64,000 bases of DNA from Nanoarchaeota archaeon SCGC AAA011-G17 (GCA_000402515.1 AQRL01000035.1:36006-100005), one strand, 5' to 3'; counted from the first letter of the stretch, positions 1-9,624 are shown. Numbers and translations are program-made. The notes: generated by a model not told the origin, from the sequence alone.

Positions 1-52
1 TGGATGTGTATCTGCAAGAGATGAGGCGATTTTCAGTGCTGCTGTTGGTTTT

Positions 53-1192
53 TCAGTTACAATCATTATTTTTGACATTTTTAGCGTACCATAAGTATTC
101 ATATACAAATTTTCTCTTTAATTTCTTATAATCTACTTTATTTTGTTTTTTTAGATTATTTAAATGATGTTGTATTGTTCTTTTGTCTCGTTTTAATATA
201 AACGCTATTTCCTTTACTGTTTTTAGATTTTGCTCTTTTAAAAAAGTGTATACTACATCCTTTGCACCATATCCATAAGTTTCTTTTGTTTCGGTAATTC
301 TTTTAATGAGACGATAATGCTTTTTTGGATGTATCAAATGAATTTGATTATAAAACTTTTTAAGGTTTGGTATTCCACTAATAGTAAAATAGTATGCTTG
401 TTTACCCTGCCAATTTAACTCTTTCTTTATTTCTGAACATTTTATTGGGAAATCTTTTTCAAGCATATTTTTAACATCTTCAACATAAGGTTCATATTTC
501 ATCTTTAGCCTCATTTGTCCTGTTTTATGGTGAACTGAGCCTTCATCATCAAAGACTGCCCTTAGATATGCTGATTTTATTTCTTTTGAAGAATTTTTTA
601 TTTGAAAGGGTATTTTGTTACTATAAATATCAAATTTGTGATATAGAAGTTTTCCTATAAAACAAGGGATTCTAATATTGATTGTTTTATTATCTTGACT
701 TATTCTAGTAGGAAATTCTATAAATCCAAATGTTTTAATAAAATTAGATTTAAATTCTCTAAGAAGTTCCTCACTTTGATTAATATATCCTGTTATAAAT
801 CCATTTTTAAATTCTATACATCCATCACAATAGAGATTTGCTATCAAAGAAGCCAATTCTGGTGTTAAGTTTATTTTTATGTTAGGATTTAAAATTAATT
901 GTGTTGTAGATTCTCCTTTAATCCCTTTTATTTGTGTTTCATCAAAATTTTTATTTAGATAATTTGATAACCAATAAATTATATCTAATCTTAATGTTTT
1001 TCTCTCTATCCATGATGACACTGTGGCTTGGCTTATCTTTGTATTTTTAAATGATTTTTTTAATTCTTTTGATAGAAGTCTTTGTGAGCCTGCTTTGTTT
1101 ATTGCATCATCTAAAATAGAATTTTTATAATTTTCTTCCAAATATAAAAATAACCTATTTGGTTCAAATTCTTTTAATAAATTAATTTCCAT
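53..1192 (-). CDS. Free-standing LAGLIDADG-family homing-endonuclease-like protein with C-terminal winged-helix
   Basis: Two LAGLIDADG-like motifs ('LIANLYCDGC', 'YLRAVFDDEGSV') about 100 aa apart. Basic C-terminal wHTH-like tail. No flanking extein context, so it is free-standing. Confidence 0.45.
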   Translation of the reverse strand: MEINLLKEFEPNRLFLYLEENYKNSILDDAINKAGSQRLLSKELKKSFKNTKISQATVSSWIERKTLRLDIIYWLSNYLNKNFDETQIKGIKGESTTQLILNPNIKINLTPELASLIANLYCDGCIEFKNGFITGYINQSEELLREFKSNFIKTFGFIEFPTRISQDNKTINIRIPCFIGKLLYHKFDIYSNKIPFQIKNSSKEIKSAYLRAVFDDEGSVHHKTGQMRLKMKYEPYVEDVKNMLEKDFPIKCSEIKKELNWQGKQAYYFTISGIPNLKKFYNQIHLIHPKKHYRLIKRITETKETYGYGAKDVVYTFLKEQNLKTVKEIAFILKRDKRTIQHHLNNLKKQNKVDYKKLKRKFVYEYLWYAKNVKNNDCN

Positions 1193-1195
1193 TTT

Positions 1196-1945
1196 TTATT
1201 TTTTAGCCATTGCCCAAATATTTTCAAAGTAGGCTTTCATCTCTTGAGATACTTTTCTGTTCTTTATTTCTATTGTGTTTGGTCTATCTTCAATAAAAAA
1301 GAAAACCACATATCCATCAAATATAATTGTTGTTGCATCAGAAGGCAAATCAATAAATCTATTATCCCCTAGCACAGAAAACTTTCTCATAAAATCATTC
1401 TTTCTAAACTGGGGGTCCCATAATCCCCTACATTTAACAACATTTTTGATATTGGCCCTTGACAATTCATTAATTAGTCTCTGGATTAAAATAGTTGAAC
1501 TTTTTGTGGTTATTTTTGGATTATTTCCCATCATATAAACAAATGTTAATTCTTTCTTCTTTGCAAGTTCGGATATTTTGCTGTCTATACCCAAGAAAGC
1601 ACTTTCAGAATCAACATGTTTAACAAATGTCTGCTCTTTTGATTCAAGGGTTTTAATTTTTGGGATTAAAGAGGTTAGTAATTCTTCTTTGCTCTTTACA
1701 ACACCCAAAATTTCAGTTATGTCTCTTGTGGAATAAATCATCTTATTCTTTTCTACAGATTTAGAAACAAACCCCTTAGTAATTAATCTTTCAAGCACAT
1801 CATAACATGTAGATTTGTATATCTTTGTCCCATTAGCTATCTGGTAGGCAGTTGTACTATTATTTTCGACCATAAATAAGAATACCTTAATCTCCTTATC
1901 TGAAAGACCATACTCTTTTAATATTATTGATATTTCTTCTTCCAT
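1196..1945 (-). CDS. TrmB-like transcriptional regulator (N-terminal wHTH)
   Basis: N-terminus 'YGLSDKEIKVFLFMVENNSTTAYQIANGTKIYKSTCYDVLERLITKGFV' is a typical TrmB/MarR-type wHTH. About 250 aa. Confidence 0.4.
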   Translation of the reverse strand: MEEEISIILKEYGLSDKEIKVFLFMVENNSTTAYQIANGTKIYKSTCYDVLERLITKGFVSKSVEKNKMIYSTRDITEILGVVKSKEELLTSLIPKIKTLESKEQTFVKHVDSESAFLGIDSKISELAKKKELTFVYMMGNNPKITTKSSTILIQRLINELSRANIKNVVKCRGLWDPQFRKNDFMRKFSVLGDNRFIDLPSDATTIIFDGYVVFFFIEDRPNTIEIKNRKVSQEMKAYFENIWAMAKK

Positions 1946-2063
1946 CTATCTATTTATGGATATATAACTTATAAATCTTTCTATTTGGTCGGAGAAAATG
2001 GACTATTTATATTTATAAGAGCATTGTTATCCTTAGATTGTAATAAAAATAAGAAGAAATCAA

Positions 2064-2603
2064 ATGTCAAAAACAATATACTTACCTAAAATAGAACCTT
2101 CAAGGGGACTTTATATAGATGAAATGCTAACTCTTGCAAATGAAGTTCCAATAAATAATTGGGAAATGGTTAGTCCCAAATACGCAGAAGAAATTGTTTT
2201 TGTTCAAAATACCACAAACAGAGAATTTACATACAAATACCATGTTACATCAAAAGACCTTGCTTTTTATCTTACTGATGATCTTGGTATTTTTAGAAGA
2301 AAAGGAGCTCTTAAAATACTCAAGAAAGATACACTTAAACAAGGTCTTTCTGTGGGATTACTTATGGAAGATATACTTAAGCAAGATACTCCTGTTGGAT
2401 ATTCTGGGAAAATCCTCTTAAGAAAATATCCAACCTTTAGGGATTTATGTGATAAGGTATTCAAATACCTGTGGATGAGCGAGAGAGAAAGATTAGATGC
2501 AGAATTCAAAGCTGAGGATTTAGAAGAGAGAAGAAAACTAAAAGAAGAAATAAAAGAAAGAAGGGAAGCAATTAAGGATATTAGAAAAAATTTATTAAAA
2601 TAA
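2064..2603 (+). CDS. hypothetical protein with charged coiled-coil C-terminus
   Basis: 179-aa ORF with coding-like composition. No recognisable motifs. Confidence 0.3.
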   Translation: MSKTIYLPKIEPSRGLYIDEMLTLANEVPINNWEMVSPKYAEEIVFVQNTTNREFTYKYHVTSKDLAFYLTDDLGIFRRKGALKILKKDTLKQGLSVGLLMEDILKQDTPVGYSGKILLRKYPTFRDLCDKVFKYLWMSERERLDAEFKAEDLEERRKLKEEIKERREAIKDIRKNLLK

Positions 2604-2611
2604 AGAAAGAG

Positions 2612-3214
2612 TCATATTTTAATAACTTTGCCTTTTCTTCCAACATTAATTACTCTTGTATTGCCTATTTTTTCCTCTATCCCTTCTGCCTCATGAATAT
2701 GGCTACAAAGCAAAATATCCGGCTTTAATGTTTTTATTGCTTTCTCAACACCTGAAGAGCCAGGAACAAAAGAAGAAAGATTTTCCATCAGTGTTCCTTT
2801 CGGATGAACATGGGTTACCATTATTTTTTTCTTTAGATTTTTTATATTTGAGAACCCCTTTTTAAGAATACTATAAATCTCTTTTTCAGACAACTGAAAT
2901 AATCCGATATTTGCAGAACCACAACCAAACAAACCAACATCATTTACTTTTATTGAATAGCCGTGAAGGTTTGTTGCACCGTACATCTCTGCAAGAAAAT
3001 CTGCTGTTGCAATGGTTTCATGATTACCTGGGATTAAAACAACTCTTTGATTTTTCTTGATAAATGGACCGATTATCCCTTTTGTTTCTGTGTCGTTATA
3101 AGTCAAGTCTCCACAAAGAACAACCAGATCAACCTTTTCTTTCTCTGCTTTTTCTGCCAGTTCATTTGCAAGTCTGGTATCCCCATGTATGTCTCCTGCT
3201 GCAAGTATCTTCAT
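2612..3214 (-). CDS. Calcineurin-like metallophosphoesterase (YfcE-like)
   Basis: 'AAGDIHGD' N-terminal motif, 'CGDL', 'GNHE', and 'VTHVHP' metal-ligand motifs. Confidence 0.75.
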   Translation of the reverse strand: MKILAAGDIHGDTRLANELAEKAEKEKVDLVVLCGDLTYNDTETKGIIGPFIKKNQRVVLIPGNHETIATADFLAEMYGATNLHGYSIKVNDVGLFGCGSANIGLFQLSEKEIYSILKKGFSNIKNLKKKIMVTHVHPKGTLMENLSSFVPGSSGVEKAIKTLKPDILLCSHIHEAEGIEEKIGNTRVINVGRKGKVIKI

Positions 3215-3459
3215 TTTTGTCTTTTTTCAAACTCTTTTAAACATTCAGAACAACAAAATTTATAGTTAAATCCTGCAAATTCTTCTTCAACACCTTCATC
3301 TTCTATCAACCCCTTGCAATGCGCACATTTTATAGCATTACTTTCTTTTTCATAACCTTTCATAAATCCTTCTTCTAATTCATCGTCCTCTTCTAAATCT
3401 TCTTCAATTTTTTCATGATAGTCATCTTCTAAATCTTCTTCAAAATCATCTTTTTTCAT
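3211..3459 (-). CDS. Small acidic protein with C-terminal zinc ribbon
   Basis: Asp/Glu-rich N-terminus, then C-x2-C ... C-x2-C ('CAHCKG...CCSEC'). Overlaps the neighbouring genes by 4 nt, consistent with an operon. Confidence 0.4.
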   Translation of the reverse strand: MKKDDFEEDLEDDYHEKIEEDLEEDDELEEGFMKGYEKESNAIKCAHCKGLIEDEGVEEEFAGFNYKFCCSECLKEFEKRQK

Positions 3460-4727
3460 TTTATCTCTTTAAGACCTCCCATATATTTTTGCAGTGCTTT
3501 TGGTATTTTTATTGTTCCATCTTTTTGCTGATGGTTTTCTAGTATCGCAACCATTGCACGTGATGTTGCAAGAACAGTATTGTTTAATGTATGCGCATAA
3601 TACTTTCCATTATCTCCCTGGATTTTTATTCCCAAGCGCCTTGCCTGGGCCTCTTCCATATTTGTTAAAGAACCAACCTCAAAATATTTATTCTGTCTTG
3701 GACTCCAAGCCTCTACATCACAGGACTTTGCTTTCAAATCTGCCAAATCCCCTGAACATATTTCTAAAATCCTTGTTGGAATTTCTAACTGCTTGAAAAT
3801 ATCAACTGTGAATTTCAGCATTTTATCATACCATTTGTAAGAATCTTTCGGCTCACAGATAACAATCATTTCCTGTTTGTGAAACTGGTGAACTCTGAAT
3901 AATCCCTTTTCATCTATACCATGCGAACCTATCTCTTTTCTAAAACAGGGAGAGAATCCAGTTATTTTTATCGGCAGTTCATCTTTTTTTAGTGTTTTAT
4001 TAATAAACATACCAATCATTGGGTGTTCTGATGTACCAATCAAATAAAGGTCTTCACCTTCTATCTTATACATCATGTTTTCCATTTCCTTGAAAGACAT
4101 TACTCCTTCAACAACTCTTTTTTTTATCATATAAGGAACATGGATATATTCAAATCCCTGTTTTAACATATAATCGCGTGCAAAATTAATCAAGGCCATA
4201 TCAAGCATGGCAAGCTTCCCTTTTAAGATATAAAATCCTTTACCGGAAATCTCTGCAGCAGAATCAAAATCAGCTAACCCTAATTTCTCAACAAGTTCTG
4301 CATGATTTTTAATTTCATAACTAAATTTTTTTGGCTTGCCTATTTTTTTTATTTCAACATTCTGTGAATCATCCCTCCCGATTGGGACAGATGGATGAAT
4401 TATATTTGGAATCAGCATTAAGTCTTTTTTTATTTCCTGATCTAATCTATCCTGCTTTTCTTCTAACTTTTTTATCTTTTCTGGGATTTCTTTTACCTGT
4501 TTTAATTCAGAAGAAGCGTCTTTGCTGTGTTTTTTTAACAGATTTATTTTTTCAGAAATTACATTTCTTTTGTGCCTTAGCTCTTCTGCCTCTTTTTTTA
4601 GTTCCAACCAAGAATCATAATTTTTTATTACCTTGTCTACAAGAGGAATTTTTTGTTCTTGAAACCTCTTTTTGATATTCTCTTTTATCCTTTCTGGATT
4701 GTCTTTTATAAATTTTATATCCAGCAT
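3456..4727 (-). CDS. serS: Seryl-tRNA synthetase (class II)
   Basis: N-terminal coiled-coil arm. Class-II motifs ('FRKE', 'GSHGIDEKGLFRVHQFHKQE'), C-terminal 'GS..N.....ARRL'. 423 aa. Confidence 0.9.
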   Translation of the reverse strand: MLDIKFIKDNPERIKENIKKRFQEQKIPLVDKVIKNYDSWLELKKEAEELRHKRNVISEKINLLKKHSKDASSELKQVKEIPEKIKKLEEKQDRLDQEIKKDLMLIPNIIHPSVPIGRDDSQNVEIKKIGKPKKFSYEIKNHAELVEKLGLADFDSAAEISGKGFYILKGKLAMLDMALINFARDYMLKQGFEYIHVPYMIKKRVVEGVMSFKEMENMMYKIEGEDLYLIGTSEHPMIGMFINKTLKKDELPIKITGFSPCFRKEIGSHGIDEKGLFRVHQFHKQEMIVICEPKDSYKWYDKMLKFTVDIFKQLEIPTRILEICSGDLADLKAKSCDVEAWSPRQNKYFEVGSLTNMEEAQARRLGIKIQGDNGKYYAHTLNNTVLATSRAMVAILENHQQKDGTIKIPKALQKYMGGLKEIK

Positions 4728-4770
4728 AAATTAAATGTTTTATTGTTATTTTTAAATATATTGGTCAAAT

Positions 4771-4800
4771 CCCTACCGATAGATATTTAAATATATACTA
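4771..4800. promoter_or_regulatory. Divergent promoter region with TATA-like box between serS and a wHTH gene
   Basis: 'tttaaatatata' archaeal TATA-like element in the 90-bp divergent intergenic spacer. Confidence 0.3.
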
Positions 4801-4818
4801 TAATATACCTCTTGTAAC

Positions 4819-5127
4819 GTGTATAAAAAGGGGGAATTTTTAGGGGGTTTAATTATGACAAAAAGCAATAATATGTTTGAGGTGTTTTTTAGAAAGAAAC
4901 CAGCTATGATTTTGGTAGCTTTAAAAAGGGACTCAAAAAACAAATACGGCAGTATTTTAGCAAAAGAAGTTGACTGTACTTATTCTCATACAGTAAAAAT
5001 TCTCCAAGAAATGGAAAAGGCAAAGCTAGTCAGCTTTGAGAAACAAGGCAGAATAAAGACAATAACCTTGACAGAGAATGGAACTAGAATTGCTGAAAAC
5101 ATTGAAAAAATAAGAAGTTTATTATAA
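4819..5127 (+). CDS. Small winged-helix transcriptional regulator
   Basis: About 100 aa. wHTH pattern 'YGSILAKEVDCTYSHTVKILQEMEKAKLVSFEKQGRIKTITLTENG'. Confidence 0.4.
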   Translation: MYKKGEFLGGLIMTKSNNMFEVFFRKKPAMILVALKRDSKNKYGSILAKEVDCTYSHTVKILQEMEKAKLVSFEKQGRIKTITLTENGTRIAENIEKIRSLL

Positions 5128-5177
5128 GGTTTAAAGAATAATAAACTATTTATATCTTCTTTTTCTTTTTTTCCTTT

Positions 5178-6305
5178 ATGGCAGGCGGGAAATTAAGATT
5201 ATTTGCTTGTAGAAGTGGAAAAGAATTTGCTTCTAAGGTTGCTGAGCATTTGAATAGAAAGTTAGAGGAAGAAAAAAGAATTCTAAATGAATCAACCCAC
5301 AACTGCAATCATGATTGTTACTTTTATTCCGAAGAAAGAGAAAGGCTGGGGAATGTTGTTGTTGAGAGTTATGGGTCTGAGGGCCTTGTGTTTAGAGAGT
5401 TTGCTAATGGTGAATATTATTACAAAATAAAAGACGAAGATAAATACAGTGTGCGGGGGGATAAGGCATATGTTATTCAGTTAACAGAAAAAGATCCTGT
5501 TTTAAGTTTATCAATACATGATAATATTTTTGAATTGATTGTTCTGTTGGATATGCTAAACAGGAGCGGTGTTGAAGAAACAAATCTTATAATACCCATA
5601 TTACCTTATTCAAGACAGGATGCCCAATCTGGAAGGGAGCCTGTTATGACAAGAAGGCTTGCTAAAATCTTCGAGACGAGCTTGATTAACTCCCTTATCA
5701 CAATTGATGTTCATTCCAAATCAGCTATTGATAATGCCTACGATATAAAAAAAGAATTACTATATGCGTCAAAGATAATTATTCCTGCATTGATGGAGGA
5801 GTTAAATGGAGATATTTCAAACCTTGTGCTTGTGTCTACTGATGCTGGGGGAGCCAAAAAAGTAAAATATTATGCAAAAGAAATTGGTGTTGACTCGGTT
5901 ATTTCATTCAAAGAAAGGATAAAAGCAAACCTAGTTGATAGTGTTTCAATAAAGGGAGATATAGAGGGGAAAGATGTTTGTTTTGTTGATGATATAATTG
6001 ATACTGGGGGCACAATAATAAAATCGATTGAAGAAGCTCATCTGAAGGGCGCAAGAAATATTTATATTATATGCACCCATCCCCTATTCAATGGAGATGC
6101 TGCAGAAAAATTTGAAGATTTATATTTAAGGGGGATGTTAAAAAAAGTAATTGGGACTGACACTGTAAATAAAAATAAAGAATTTTTAGAAAAGTATAAA
6201 TGGTTCAAACAGGTGGCTGTTTCTGAATTATTTGCAGACGTAATTTTTTGTTCATTTATGAAACGACCAGTAAGTTCTGTTTACAAGCCTGCAGAAAAAT
6301 TTTAA
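5178..6305 (+). CDS. prs: Ribose-phosphate pyrophosphokinase (PRPP synthetase)-like, with Cys/His-rich insertion
   Basis: N-terminus 'LRLFACRSGKEFASKVAEHL' and PRPP-binding loop 'VCFVDDIIDTGGT'. Extra 'NCNHDCYFYSEE' insert. Confidence 0.65.
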   Translation: MAGGKLRLFACRSGKEFASKVAEHLNRKLEEEKRILNESTHNCNHDCYFYSEERERLGNVVVESYGSEGLVFREFANGEYYYKIKDEDKYSVRGDKAYVIQLTEKDPVLSLSIHDNIFELIVLLDMLNRSGVEETNLIIPILPYSRQDAQSGREPVMTRRLAKIFETSLINSLITIDVHSKSAIDNAYDIKKELLYASKIIIPALMEELNGDISNLVLVSTDAGGAKKVKYYAKEIGVDSVISFKERIKANLVDSVSIKGDIEGKDVCFVDDIIDTGGTIIKSIEEAHLKGARNIYIICTHPLFNGDAAEKFEDLYLRGMLKKVIGTDTVNKNKEFLEKYKWFKQVAVSELFADVIFCSFMKRPVSSVYKPAEKF

Positions 6306-6636
6306 AAATAAAAAAAATAAAAAAAATAAAAAAAGAAAAGTTTATTTTCTCTTTTTTGCTTTCTTTTTTGCCATGTATTTTCACCTCTTTTTTTAATGAT
6401 AAATATTTTTTGTTAAATTATATATTATGTTTTTCTTTATATAGTTTTCTATTTTTTCCGAATATAAAACGAGAAAAAATTTTGGTGGAAATTATTTTTA
6501 ACTTACACAAGATTTAATTATTGCTTAAATTATTTATTATCGTATCTACAATTTATAGTAATTAATATATATTGTTTATGCGATAGGTAAAAAATAAAAT
6601 AAAAAGATTTAAATATTAGACTACCGTCGTAATTTT

Positions 6637-6930
6637 ATGGATTTGCAATCAATTATCAAAATTAAAAACTTGTTAAGGCTTCAAATTTTATCTGAATTAA
6701 AGAGAAAAAAATTGTGTGGTGATGAATTAGCAGATATCATTGGAGAAAATAAAAATGAAAAATTGAGCCCTGGAACAATTTATCCTGCTTTGAAATTTTT
6801 GAAGAAAAAAAAATTAATAATTCATAAACGAATTGGGAGGAAAAAAATTTATTCTCTAACAAAACAAGGGGAAAAAGAATTATTATCAGCAAAAAAAACT
6901 TTTAGAAAAATGTTTGAGAAGTTATTATAA
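6637..6930 (+). CDS. PadR-family transcriptional regulator
   Basis: 'ILSELKRKKLCGDELADIIGENKNEKLSPGTIYPALKFLKKKKLI' matches the PadR wHTH signature. Confidence 0.55.
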   Translation: MDLQSIIKIKNLLRLQILSELKRKKLCGDELADIIGENKNEKLSPGTIYPALKFLKKKKLIIHKRIGRKKIYSLTKQGEKELLSAKKTFRKMFEKLL

Positions 6931-7186
6931 AATAAAAAAATAAAAAAAAGTTAAGTTTATTTCTTTTTGGCTTTTTTCTTGGCTTTTCTTTTTCCACCAC
7001 GTGCCATCTTTGCTTCGCAGACATAATAGGTCTAAGAGAATTAACTCATTAGATTTCCTTTGCCATCGACGTAGTAAAGATAGCCTGGTTTTCTACTAAT
7101 AACATTTTTGGCTATAATTGTTCCCATTTTTCACCTCGTTTTTGTTTATTTTACCGACGATAGAAAAGCGCTTGAAGTATATAAAT

Positions 7187-8323
7187 TTATTGGTGCTCGA
7201 GGAGGGGATTATTAATGTGCCTTTCTATCTCATTGACGCACCTTATTGGGGATTTTTTAATATCTGACTCAAAGAATCTTAAAATTTTCCACCCTTTTTT
7301 ATTTATATACTTATCTTTTATTTTATCTCTATAAATGTTTATTTTTTGTCTTTCTCCTAATTTTTCCTTGTTGTATAAAGAAGGATTTCCATGCCAATAA
7401 TCCCCATCGCATTCGATTACTAATTTTGAAGAGGGTATTGCAAAATCACAAACAAACCTATTATCTATATTGAATTGGCTTATAAAGGATATATCCCCTT
7501 TGGTCATTTCTTCAGATAATTTTAATTCTATTTTTGTGTTAAAAAAGGGAAATTCATTATTACTTATCCTCCTTATTATTGCCTTTCTTGCCCTTACCGA
7601 AGCCTTCTTTCTTAATTCATAGGCTTTCTCTTTACCAAAAAAAATTTCCCAAGATTTCCCAAAATGGGAGTGGTTGGCTCCCTTTAAAGAAGAAATGTAT
7701 TGAAAATTTGGTCTTAAATTTATATCATATTCCTTAAAAAGATTAGATAATATAACTCGGTCATAACCTAATTTTTTCCCTATTTTTTCTAAGCTTAATC
7801 CTTCTATCCAATATAATTGGTTTAATAAATCTCGGAAAGTTTTATTAAATTTGAGTTCTATATTTTTTATTCTTTTTTGTTTTCTAATCCCCCAAATTAT
7901 TTTTAATTTATTGCTTATATTCTTTAAACGGGGGTCTTTTTCCTTTGATTTTCCTTTGGTCCATACAATATCCCATTTAAAACGCTCTTTATTGGCTTCT
8001 GATTTATCCCTTCTTTTTATCTTGTATTTATTAAAATAATATTCTATTGTTGTTTTACCAACATTTAGTTCTTTGGCAATTCTTCTTATAGAAATCTTAT
8101 TTATTAAATATAATTCTTCTAACTTTTTTTTATTAATTTCAAGGGGTAAATGCCTTCTTGCTTTGCAATAAAATTCTTTATCTTTTTTGAGGTTTAATTC
8201 ATAGGCCTTATTATTTATAGAACTTTCAGTTTTTTTAAGTTTATTAGCTAAGTCTTTATTCTTATTATTACAATATTCTTTTTTTAAATAGATAATCTCC
8301 TCTTTTTTCCAATGATTTCTCAT
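7187..8323 (-). CDS. DUF559/Vsr-like (PD-(D/E)xK) endonuclease with N-terminal repeated HTH DNA-binding modules; homing-endonuclease-like
   Basis: C-terminal 'VIECDGDYWHGN...GWKILRFFESD' is the DUF559/Vsr-type nuclease motif. Two sigma-70-region-4-like HTHs ('ISIRRIAKELNVGKTTIEYYF', 'LSLEKIGKKLGYDRVILSNLF'). Confidence 0.55.
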   Translation of the reverse strand: MRNHWKKEEIIYLKKEYCNNKNKDLANKLKKTESSINNKAYELNLKKDKEFYCKARRHLPLEINKKKLEELYLINKISIRRIAKELNVGKTTIEYYFNKYKIKRRDKSEANKERFKWDIVWTKGKSKEKDPRLKNISNKLKIIWGIRKQKRIKNIELKFNKTFRDLLNQLYWIEGLSLEKIGKKLGYDRVILSNLFKEYDINLRPNFQYISSLKGANHSHFGKSWEIFFGKEKAYELRKKASVRARKAIIRRISNNEFPFFNTKIELKLSEEMTKGDISFISQFNIDNRFVCDFAIPSSKLVIECDGDYWHGNPSLYNKEKLGERQKINIYRDKIKDKYINKKGWKILRFFESDIKKSPIRCVNEIERHINNPLLEHQ

Positions 8324-8359
8324 AAAAGATTACTAAGACACGCGCATATAAAAACATTT

Positions 8360-9181
8360 CTATGTGAGTGTATCCAATGGGTATTTTATTTTTTTTAATT
8401 GTTCTTTAGAAACATGAGTATAAATTTGGGTCGTACTAAGCGAGGAATGACCAAGACATTCTTGTATAAACCTTATATCAACACCCGAATCAAGGAGATG
8501 GGTAGCAAAAGAATGACGAAGCTTGTGGGGGTTTACTCTTTTTGCTATACATGCTTTTTCAGCTGATTTCTCCAACAGCTTCTGTATATTACGGGGAGAA
8601 AGAGTATTCTTCTTTCCTGGAAATAAGTATTCATTAGGGGTGTCTAGAGTAGAGATATGATTCTTAAGATCATCTATTATCAGCGGAGAGAGTGTGAAAA
8701 ACCTGTCTTTTGCTCCCTTCCCTCTTCTTACCCACCCTTCTTTCTCTTCCAGACTAAGGTCCTTCACCTTCAGATTAACAAGTTCTGATACTCTCAAACC
8801 AGTAGAATATAACAATTTTATGATCAAGCGTGTCTTGCTTGTTGGTGCTGCATCAATTAATTTCTTGATTTCTTCCCTGGATAAAACTTCTGGTATTTGC
8901 TTAGAAGTTTTAGGCGTCTTAATATTTACAATACCTTTCTTCATCATCTCATCATAAAGAAATTTTAATGCTGATTTTTTCAGAGAAACTGTCTTGCCTG
9001 AAAGTTTTTTTACTGCCATGAGATCTGCCATGTAATCCTTGACATCATCCTCTGTAACTTCTTCCGGCTGCTTTTTTAGTGCTTCCAGGAATAATTTGTT
9101 ATGCCTGACATAGGTGTCTACTGTTCTTTCTGAGAATCCCCTCAATTTTAATTCTGTTTCAAGTTTTTTCAGCATTTCCAT
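8360..9181 (-). CDS. Tyrosine site-specific recombinase (XerA/XerC-like integrase)
   Basis: Catalytic region 'HKLRHSFATHLLDSGVDIRFIQECLGHSSLSTTQIYTHV' (R..H..R..Y). About 270 aa with an N-terminal core-binding domain. Confidence 0.8.
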   Translation of the reverse strand: MEMLKKLETELKLRGFSERTVDTYVRHNKLFLEALKKQPEEVTEDDVKDYMADLMAVKKLSGKTVSLKKSALKFLYDEMMKKGIVNIKTPKTSKQIPEVLSREEIKKLIDAAPTSKTRLIIKLLYSTGLRVSELVNLKVKDLSLEEKEGWVRRGKGAKDRFFTLSPLIIDDLKNHISTLDTPNEYLFPGKKNTLSPRNIQKLLEKSAEKACIAKRVNPHKLRHSFATHLLDSGVDIRFIQECLGHSSLSTTQIYTHVSKEQLKKIKYPLDTLT

Positions 9182-9182
9182 T

Positions 9183-9563
9183 TTATTTCTTAAATATTTT
9201 CCTTTTTCTTTTTAATTCTTCCCATATTTCTCGAGAGATATCCTCTAAATTAAGCCCCAAATCACCCTTGTGCGGTTTAAAAGTTTCTTTAAACAGAGGA
9301 TCTATGCTGTAAACATTTGATAGCTCTTGCTTTGATAATACCTGATGCTCATGCTCACTTAGCACATGAAAACCCCTTTTTAGATCACTTAGATTATATG
9401 CCGAGAAGTATTGGTGAAAGACTGTAATATCTGCCTTAAAGGTAAAATTATCCGGGAAATAATAAAGAATAGTCTTAAGGTCATGAAAACTTACCTTATT
9501 TTTTATTTTTAATGTATCATTCATAGCAATATAAATAGGCAGGAAGTTATAAAGATTACGCAT
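9183..9563 (-). CDS. hypothetical protein (operonic with recombinase)
   Basis: 126-aa ORF. Its stop abuts the start of the XerA-like gene. Confidence 0.3.
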   Translation of the reverse strand: MRNLYNFLPIYIAMNDTLKIKNKVSFHDLKTILYYFPDNFTFKADITVFHQYFSAYNLSDLKRGFHVLSEHEHQVLSKQELSNVYSIDPLFKETFKPHKGDLGLNLEDISREIWEELKRKRKIFKK

Positions 9564-9624
9564 AATTCTGATTAATAAAAAGAATAAAAAAATACAAAAG
9601 AAAAAGTCTAGTTAATCTTTATTT

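Noticed and set aside
1275-1538. Many short or antisense ORFs in the supplied track: 1275..1538, 2194..2421, 2267..2509, 3494..3796, 4331..4675, 8694..8957, 10637..11038, 20939..21376, 27064..27913, 30369..31182, 31619..32122, 32240..32841, 35499..35768, 37397..37782, 39386..39783, 42094..43184, 44134..44778, 46220..46573, 46892..47610, 49636..50211, 50911..51117, 51598..51825, 52175..52798, 53492..54097, 55238..55597, 56487..56804, 58331..58549, 59634..60161 and 61022..61231.
   Set aside because: They lie antisense to, or overlap, ORFs with strong family signatures. They have low-complexity, Leu/Phe/Ser-rich composition typical of AT-rich antisense frames. They are treated as spurious.
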